Below are positions 59,501-64,000 of a stretch of 64,000 nt of DNA, piece after piece (positions within the stretch are counted from its first letter, which is position 1; every line of letters starts with the position of its first letter). This DNA comes from Podarcis tiliguerta (lineage: Eukaryota): NCBI GenBank assembly GCA_965153285.1, contig OZ229115.1; one strand, 5' to 3'. The notes beneath the pieces were generated by a model that saw only the letters and a list, made by a program, of their open reading frames with translations, made no database searches and was not told the origin of the DNA. Position numbers and translations under genes: made by a program.

Positions 59501-61710
59501 ATAAACCAATTTATATTTATTCTGGTGTATCAGTTAAGATCTACAGAAATTTATTTAATTGGTTCAGTTTTGGAAATCAGACATCATAAAAAAATATGTA
59601 TGAAAATTTTAGCCTGGCTTTCAGATACACTGATTACTAAGAAAAATACAACAATAAGCCTTCAGATCAAGAACAAAGCATTGCAAGGCATTCTCATCTC
59701 CTAAGGGGTGGTCCTGTTCAGGCTCTAACAAGCCTGGAACAAGAGTTTTGTGTTGCTGTTTGGAGTTCACAGGGGAAAGACAAGCGAAAAGGGTTACTTT
59801 ATTTCTTCCTCATGTTTGTTAAAATCCTCTTTTGCTGCGCTTGGGTTTGGTGCTGGTTTCTAGCTCTGAACCTGAATCCTTTAATGCTGTACAGTGGGCA
59901 GAGGGGTTTCTAGAATTTGGAAAAGGAAAAGGAAACTTAAGGTCTCCTTACACAAGCATACACATTTCTTTATTTAAAAAAAACCAGAATTACTTCTTAA
60001 ATACAAGTTTTCTGATATCCCAGATTTGTACAAAACAGCATTTTTTCAAAAAGTGTGCCACTCCCAAGTCGTGTGACAATTTGGAGTCTCTGGCATGAAA
60101 GGCTGCTCCTCTTCCTCACATTTTCTTTCCCAGCCTCCTGTGCCTGCAAAGGCAAATTTTATAATTTATTTTTAATGCAACTGTTTTGTGCATGATTTCC
60201 CCTGTACAAAAGAGCTGTTTCAATATATATATATTTTTAAAAATTACTGGGAACCAACATCCTTTCCTGTCGGCTGACAGAAGCAAAATAGGAGTAGGGG
60301 GAATGGCAAAAGAGGGCATCACAGAAACATCGTGGAAACCTGCCCATGCAGTGGGCTCCCATAAATCACTGAGCATTCATAAGAGTCAAGCTTATTCCAT
60401 TGATAATTGTGATTGCTTTCAGGCTGACACTTTAGAGATCCGTGTACTACTTCATTTGCATGGACAGGTGAAGCACAGATGTTTCAGCTGTACTTCCACA
60501 GCTATGCTCACTATGGGTGGAATTCAACATTGCACCAAGGGAAGTGTCCCATCAGCACTGTTCTGTGACCAACCCAGAGCCAATTTCAGGGGGTGCAGGG
60601 AGAGGAGATGGGGGACAGCCCCATGGCACAAGCGGAAGCCCTCATACAGGCTTGCACTGATGGGACATGTTGGGTGAATACTGCCCAATGCATTTTACTT
60701 TTTATATTGCTGTTTTTTTTGTATATATATAATCCAGAATAATTTATTCATGAAGATCATTTACTGACTGATCTTTTTAATCACACTGTATATAGTGCGG
60801 GTAGTTCTTTTGAAGTGTAAATTCAAAATAGGTATACATCCACTACAATATATTGGAGCAGCTCTTGATAGCAGTTATTTTGATTGGTTCTTTGTGAAAC
60901 TAACCATAGCAAGCCAGATGTTTCTATCGTTCAGCAACTAACAGATGTGGAAAAACTCTTTTTTTACCATTTTCTTTGACTCTTTAAAATCTTATTCTCT
61001 CCAGAAATGTCTTACATTTTTCAGAAGCCTATTATATAGAGTAGAACCACTTCTACCCAATTTATTACTTGCAGAAAAGAAATGCATATTTTATCATAGG
61101 TTTGTAGAAAATCTCTGGATAATACCCACTTCTGCATGAAATAAATTACTACAGCTTTGTATTTCAAACAGTGGCTCAGTTAGTAGAGCATGAAACTTTT
61201 CATTTCCGAGTCGTGGGTTCAAGCCCCACCTTGGGCAAAAGATTCCTGCATTGCAGGGAGTTGGGCCAGGTGACCCTCACGGTCCCTTCCAACTCTACAA
61301 TTCTATGATTCTGTGAATATGAAAATATATCTTGTTTGATTTTTTTGTCAATGTCTTTTTATGGTAATCATTTTATGTACAACTAGCACTCTATGTGCTT
61401 CTGTCTGACTCAGTGCATGCATAAAAAGCTACTTCTTTCTTGGTATTGTTTGTTTGCTTAAAATGAGACCATGTGAAGTTAGTCATATATGTGCAGTACT
61501 TTCTCTTAATGAGCATGCGTGTTCATATCCTGTCACGTGGTTGTTATTTCCTCTACTCAGACTGCTGCTTATAAGCACAACACTGTTAACCTTGGCATGC
61601 TGCGCTCTGGAGGTTTGTCAGCAATGCATGCGGGCAGAAGCATGACATTAAACTTGCAGACTAAATCTAAATTTGAAAACCAAATGCATCAAGAGCTACC
61701 TCTACCGAAA
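1500..61710 (+). CDS. LRRC7: LRRC7 / Densin-180, partial (5' and 3' ends outside window); join(1500..1556,25650..25713,26396..26470,28762..28906,29940..30012,36271..36400,38907..39022,41804..41873,43101..43200,44833..44957,50134..50334,51817..51928,53423..53603,54739..56416,61561..61710)
   Basis: The spliced translation is continuous and stop-free ([24 protein letters not shown]...QELPLPK) and closely resembles mammalian Densin-180 as recalled. All introns are GT-AG with matching phases. Confidence 0.97.
2550..2900 (+). mobile_element. Full-length Sauria SINE (Squam1 / Podarcis-type)
   Basis: Head gggatgcaggtggcgctgtgggttaaacc, B-box-like ggtttgaatccc, (ACCTTT) tail; 13-bp direct repeat tataatgttacag at 2533-2545 and 2900-2912. 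Confidence 0.93.
3230..3590. repeat. Degenerate foldback repeat rich in AAACCATG/GGTTT motifs (MITE-like)
   Basis: Repeated aacaaaccatga; inverted pair catgatcttggcttag / ctaagccagggatcat. Confidence 0.5.
3990..5089 (+). mobile_element. 5'-truncated, decayed L1/Tx1-clade LINE (ORF2 C-terminus plus 3' UTR)
   Basis: Frameshifted peptides [80 protein letters not shown]; A-rich end. Confidence 0.8.
5330..5524. mobile_element. Tc1/mariner (pogo/Tigger-like) MITE, one end retained
   Basis: Terminus ...gcgaaaaatacgg|TA; subterminal inverted pair ttcgctccataagacgcac (5446-5464) / gtgcgtcttgtggagcgaa (5498-5516). Confidence 0.7.
9749..10020 (-). mobile_element. tRNA-derived MIR/Ther1-related SINE (Squam3-like) with (TTC)n tail
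   Basis: Minus strand begins cagtgtggtgtagtggttaagagc (A box), has core tgggtgaccttgggccagtcac and ends in about 13 TTC units. Confidence 0.85.
10839..11376 (-). mobile_element. CR1 LINE 3' fragment (ORF2 C-terminus plus 3' UTR)
   Basis: ORF 11072..11263 [10 protein letters not shown]...[10 protein letters not shown] resembles CR1 RGDMIEVYKI...TRGHxxKL; tail aagactataagaagagccctgctagatcagac. Confidence 0.8.
13347..13533 (-). mobile_element. L2-type LINE 3' end
   Basis: ttattattaaaatttgtataccacccttcatc...agggcag...agccaaaggcc is a typical squamate L2 terminus in reverse. Confidence 0.6.
14110..14325. mobile_element. Palindromic non-autonomous element (MITE)
   Basis: Nested inverted arms: tatccacgtaaatagat/atctattttgttggata, gcaaggact/aatccttgc, ttctctccctctcc/ggagagggagagaa. 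Confidence 0.7.
19872..22190 (+). mobile_element. Decayed DIRS-type tyrosine-recombinase retrotransposon
   Basis: Inverted ends tctgtgcagtcacacatatatggga / cctatatgtctctgcacaga. Peptide relics [11 protein letters not shown] (21016), [20 protein letters not shown] (RT) and YYRLDV..DA..GRAVL (YR C-terminus). Confidence 0.7.
21286..21457 (+). mobile_element. CR1 ORF2 fragment nested in the DIRS relic
   Basis: [28 protein letters not shown]...[22 protein letters not shown]. Confidence 0.85.
22285..22725 (-). mobile_element. CR1 reverse-transcriptase N-terminal fragment
   Basis: Minus strand reads [62 protein letters not shown]. Confidence 0.88.
22915..22951 (+). repeat. Short tandem duplication (actatccccactcctgtg x2)
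   Basis: Exact 18-bp copies at 22915 and 22934. Confidence 0.9.
24796..24955 (-). mobile_element. CR1 3' end fragment
   Basis: ataagaatgccaggctggatcagaccaaaggcccatctagtccagcattc. Confidence 0.75.
25130..25365 (+). mobile_element. L2-type 3' end fragment
   Basis: ...tctgttggaagccgccaaagtggct...atgggtggggaacaaataa terminus. Confidence 0.55.
25650..25713 (+). CDS. LRRC7: LRRC7 exon ([21 protein letters not shown]), phase 2/0
   Basis: ttttttacag|G TCA ATG...GAG TTG|gtaaga. Confidence 0.96.
26396..26470 (+). CDS. LRRC7: LRRC7 exon ([25 protein letters not shown]), phase 0/0
   Basis: tttttgcag|CCT GAG...CCT GGG|gtatgg; LRR motif. Confidence 0.95.
28200..28270 (-). mobile_element. L2 ORF2 fragment
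   Basis: Minus strand [19 protein letters not shown]. Confidence 0.7.
28762..28906 (+). CDS. LRRC7: LRRC7 exon ([18 protein letters not shown]...LQQLPDSI), phase 0/1
   Basis: Two LRRs inside ORF 28708..28929; donor ATA G|gtaaag; the acceptor is an atypical catcaag| (5' boundary inferred from frame). Confidence 0.9.
29460..29615. mobile_element. Small palindromic MITE
   Basis: agttctactc / gagtagaact and ccactgaaattaa / ttaatttcagtgg inverted pairs. Confidence 0.65.
29940..30012 (+). CDS. LRRC7: LRRC7 exon ([24 protein letters not shown]), phase 1/2
   Basis: Long CT tract ctctttcag|GG CTC TTG...GGA AA|gtaagt. Confidence 0.96.
30360..31135 (+). mobile_element. Second DIRS relic (tyrosine-recombinase 3' half plus right end)
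   Basis: [16 protein letters not shown] (30421; compare LHTLDVRRALAFYxDRT), FVRHDAMDI...WAVL; the terminus ctgcacaaatgactgctcaaagagctacagtttaagataagcaacc matches 22140-22188. Confidence 0.7.
33866..35685 (-). mobile_element. L2 LINE (RT to 3' end), interrupted by a GC-rich insert at about 34900-35310
   Basis: Minus strand [21 protein letters not shown]...[16 protein letters not shown] and [15 protein letters not shown]; (TAAA)n tail at 33866. Confidence 0.85.
36271..36400 (+). CDS. LRRC7: LRRC7 exon ([43 protein letters not shown]), phase 2/0
   Basis: Branch point gactaac (36244-36250); tttcag|T TTA TCT...AGA GAA|gtaagg. Confidence 0.96.
38624..38667 (-). mobile_element. Severely 5'-truncated Sauria SINE (3' tail only)
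   Basis: aaaggtaaaggtacccctgaccgttaggtccagt is the reverse complement of the 3' end of the 2550-2900 element. Confidence 0.8.
38907..39022 (+). CDS. LRRC7: LRRC7 exon ([38 protein letters not shown]), phase 0/2
   Basis: cctacag|ATT GGA...AAC AG|gtaatg. Confidence 0.96.
40550..40907. mobile_element. Intact Tc1/mariner (Tigger/pogo-like) MITE, 358 bp
   Basis: TA|CAGTGGTGCCCCGCAAGACGAA ... TTCGTCTTGCGAGGCACCACTG|TA: 22-bp TIR with 1 mismatch and TA target duplication. Confidence 0.93.
41525..41580. repeat. Compound microsatellite (AC)11(GT)6(GA)11
   Basis: Read directly from the sequence. Confidence 0.95.
41804..41873 (+). CDS. LRRC7: LRRC7 exon ([23 protein letters not shown]), phase 2/0; last LRR / LAPSDa
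   Basis: tttttacag|A TTG AAA...AAC CAG|gtaaaa; WLSDNQ is a LAP-family signature. Confidence 0.96.
42326..42683. mobile_element. Old hAT-like non-autonomous element
   Basis: Ends gatggggaacct / agttctccatcc; interior cagctgatc...aaagccct shared in reverse with 58240-58560. Confidence 0.5.
43101..43200 (+). CDS. LRRC7: LRRC7 exon ([33 protein letters not shown]), phase 0/1; LAPSDb
   Basis: atttgcag|TCC AAG...GAT GAA G|gtactt; [13 protein letters not shown] motif. Confidence 0.97.
43734..43895 (+). mobile_element. MIR/Squam3-like SINE, decayed
   Basis: gactaggacctgggagaccagg...tgtgaccttgggccagtcact...cctaacccatctcacagggttgt. Confidence 0.75.
44833..44957 (+). CDS. LRRC7: LRRC7 exon ([42 protein letters not shown]), phase 1/0
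   Basis: ctctaattag|AT TTC CAG...GTT AAG|gtaact. Confidence 0.95.
45044..45130. mobile_element. Short palindromic MITE
   Basis: tgcaatcc...aagtcccattgaactcagtggtgctta...ggattgca; a similar copy lies at about 49640-49722. Confidence 0.6.
46647..46950. mobile_element. Palindromic MITE related to 14110-14325
   Basis: Starts ttgggttgtatcca; central arms tgcagtcccc / ggggagctgca. Confidence 0.5.
47465..47742 (+). pseudogene. Degenerate or pseudo-exon corresponding to the mammalian densin exon (D/A)LSCQAPW...SGRQ
   Basis: Correct intron position. Collinear motif remnants in shifting frames (ALSC, QRG, MQD, PDLAC, VAA, RQ|gt). Stops and frameshifts are present. Confidence 0.55.
48035..48191. other. 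Assembly gap (157 N)
   Basis: Run of N. Confidence 1.
50134..50334 (+). CDS. LRRC7: LRRC7 exon ([33 protein letters not shown]...KDISVE), phase 0/0
   Basis: ctgctcag|GTT GAA ATA...GTG GAG|gtaaca; [13 protein letters not shown] motif. Confidence 0.96.
51817..51928 (+). CDS. LRRC7: LRRC7 exon ([37 protein letters not shown]), phase 0/1
   Basis: ttttacag|GAC CCA...AAA G|gtacta. Confidence 0.94.
53423..53603 (+). CDS. LRRC7: LRRC7 exon ([36 protein letters not shown]...NSLWGN), phase 1/2
   Basis: ttgttttag|AA TCA ACA...AAC AG|gtgtgt; lies inside ORF 53359..53631. Confidence 0.96.
54739..56416 (+). CDS. LRRC7: LRRC7 large exon (1678 bp; disordered Ser/Pro-rich region including the CaMKII-binding segment), phase 2/0
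   Basis: ttttctccag|G CTT GTC...GAC AGG|gtatgt; 554-aa ORF with [39 protein letters not shown]. Confidence 0.98.
60514..60687. mobile_element. Short palindromic MITE
   Basis: tgggtggaattca / tgaatactgccca ends; perfect inverted tgtcccatcag (60545-60555) / ctgatgggaca (60657-60667). Confidence 0.65.
61169..61316 (+). mobile_element. tRNA(Lys)-derived SINE with CR1 3' tail (Squam2-like)
   Basis: A box tggctcagttag, B box gggttcaagcccc, tail gtcccttccaactctacaattctatgattct. Confidence 0.85.
61561..61710 (+). CDS. LRRC7: LRRC7 exon ([50 protein letters not shown]), phase 0/0, symmetric and skippable
   Basis: ttcctctactcag|ACT GCT...CCG AAA|gtaagt; resembles mammalian [13 protein letters not shown] as recalled. 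Confidence 0.94.
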
Positions 61711-62826
61711 GTAAGTATGAGATAGCCTGCATATATCAGACAAAACACAGTAATATTTTTTCATGCCCTCCTTCCTCTTCCTTTTTAGCATTTGCATTAC
61801 TATTCATGCTTGTGTCCTATAAGCAATTCAAACACCAAAGTTGCTAACACAACTTGCCGACTTTATATCTTTGCTTCTTCAAGTAATTGGCTCACCACGT
61901 GACAGTCATGCTGCTTTCTGCTCTTTTGTTGCAGACTAATGTAGTCGATTTTATGTGAACCAGAGAAATCTGAGGGCCATGTTTCATGTTGTAGTTGGTT
62001 AATGATGTTGATGGTGTCAGAATGGTGTAGATGTTTAATGTCAACCAAGTTCGGTCACAAACTATGTTATCAATTAGGATGATCTCTTAGGAGCCAGGAC
62101 CTACTGGTCATGTAGTTCAGTGGTCTCGTTAAAGACTGGATTATAATCAAAATAGCTCAAATGAAAATTTCAGAATGTATGTCCTGTTTACATCTTTTAT
62201 TAGCACATTTCTGTATGTAGACCATTGTGAAATCAGATATATGTTGTATGTAAATATGTTTTGTATTTTAAGCCTTTAAGGTGGGGACATATCTCAATAA
62301 CATTTTGAAAAATATTTGTGAATCAAGATTGAATTCATCATGACCACGAACCATTAGGCCTGTTTATAGATTGTGTAGGTGAGATACATATGATGGTGGA
62401 AAACCTAAGTGTGTGAAAATTAATTATAAACTGTTCTTTTAAATGTTATTGAGAGAAGGGAATGAAAAAGTGGATCTAAATTGAAACAGTCTAGATTAAA
62501 CATCAAGTAATAAGTCATAGTTGCCAGTCATCAATGCAGTCATTTTATCTGATGAAGATTAGACAGTGAAAACAGTAGCCAAGGAAAGGTGTAAGATTGC
62601 TTCCTTTGATTATACAGCTACCTAAGCATTGTGGGGGAAGGGATTAGTCAAGGAAATTTTTGGCTAACGTAGAGGCTGTGAGATTTCCTCTAGTCTAAAT
62701 TAAATGATTCCATGATTTACCCTCCTTTGATGGAGAAGGGAAGTACTGTATCAATCGTCAAACTGCCATAAATGTCTGGAAGAAGGTTTTTCCAAGTTTT
62801 TTAAAAATGCATTTGTTGATGTTTTT

Positions 62827-62900
62827 CCAGTAAAGCAATACAGAGGTCCCCACCCCAGTAAAAGAATATAGAGGTTCCCCCCCCCAGTAAGACAATATAG
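62827..62900 (+). repeat. ~29-bp minisatellite, about 2.6 copies
   Basis: ccagtaa..caata.agagg.cccc recurs at 62827, 62855 and 62884. Confidence 0.8.
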
Positions 62901-63750
62901 CTACAAATAAATTATTGGGGTCAACAGCACCTCACAATGTAGAGTGTATTAACCTACAAAACACTCTTTTCACCACATAGTTTTTAAAATACAGGCATTG
63001 ACCATTTTGCCCAGGGGTTCCATTTCCAATCCCTGCCTGCATCAACAGAGCATACATAAGGGCACCCTGTCCCATTACAGCCTACCCTGCCCCGCTACAT
63101 CTGCCCCACTCCACCCTTGGTCTTTCCTCTTCTGGATCTGAAAGGACCCACACTTTGCTGATCCCACGTTATTTGGACGCGCCTAAAATGCTTCCACCTG
63201 TACAAAACATATTGTGATATTAAAATACATAGACATATAACAGTTACATAACTATAGCAGTGCAGCAACCGTGAGCTGAGAAGTATTTGTAACAAAACCA
63301 AATCTCACAGACCTTGCAACAATAGCATGTGCTATTTGAACAGCAGATGCACGATTGCCACATTTCCCAACTACGTATATGAGAAGGACATAGTTACTGT
63401 GACTTTCTGTTACTGTGTTGACAACCGAACTTATATATACCCCTTTTACGAGTGTCAGCAATGGTAGCTTCTACCCATTCTGAGGCTGCTTCTTTTGGAC
63501 GTTTCAGGCCAATAAGCTTTGTTTTTAGTCTCTCGGGGTTCTATCAAATCCAGACCCAGATCTAATAGGATGAGTTTGGGATGTTCAGTTGCTCAGTTTC
63601 CAAATAATATAGACATTTAAGCAGGCAATATTACTGCATGAGGGGGACACACACCAATAGGCATTTTTTTTTATTATAAGAAGAAGAATATCAGGCTTGG
63701 GTTTGTGGTCTGCCCTTCCTTTCTTTGGCATAATTACTTCCAATATCACA

Positions 63751-63914
63751 AGGCACTCAAGGTGGCATACTATCCTCACAACAACTCTGTGAGGTAGACT
63801 AGATTGAGAGACTGTTAGTGGCCCAAGGTCACCCAGTGAGTTTCTGGGCTGAGCAGGGATTTGAACCCTGATCTTCCAGGTCCTTTTCCAGCACTCTAAC
63901 CACTACACCACGCT
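63751..63914 (-). mobile_element. MIR/Squam3-like SINE
   Basis: tatcctcacaacaactctgtgagg...ggcccaaggtcacccagtgag...gatttgaaccc...ctctaaccactacaccac. Confidence 0.8.
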
Positions 63915-64000
63915 TTGTGCTGTCTAGGGGCGATTCTGAATCATCAACTTGGATTCTTTATGGTTGTGTATGGAGGTCTTCAATTCTCTCTGGTGTTCTG

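Noticed and set aside
61169-61250. tRNA-Lys-like sequence
   Set aside because: Degenerate anticodon arm and fused to a CR1 tail, so it is a SINE head rather than a tRNA gene.

Overview
Vertebrate genomic DNA, AT-rich and intron-dominated. The Sauria-SINE, Squam3-like SINE, CR1, L2 and DIRS repeat content points to a squamate, most likely a lacertid lizard. The whole window lies inside one + strand gene, LRRC7 (Densin-180, LAP family: LRR plus PDZ). I traced 15 consecutive coding exons with GT-AG boundaries and consistent phases from 1500 to 61710. They total 3277 nt and about 1092 codons without a stop, covering the distal LRRs, the LAP-specific region, the large 1678-bp exon with the CaMKII-binding segment, and a 150-bp cassette-type exon. 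The start codon and the PDZ exons lie outside the window. The introns hold SINEs, LINE fragments, Tc1/mariner-type and other MITEs, two DIRS (tyrosine-recombinase retrotransposon) relics and a 157-N assembly gap. The most notable observation concerns the ~83-aa exon that mammalian densin has between ...GKVK and VEINLK... (recalled from memory). It has no intact counterpart here. At the expected position (47465-47742) lies what looks like its frameshifted remnant, now bounded as a 264-nt frame-preserving exon with a single TGA and a GTATCCTTT (U12-like) donor. Other leads are a candidate internal first exon in the 24-kb intron and RBFOX-motif clustering at the 61561 exon. No prokaryote-type system (CRISPR, operon) is present. 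Comparisons with mammalian protein come from memory, not from a database search.
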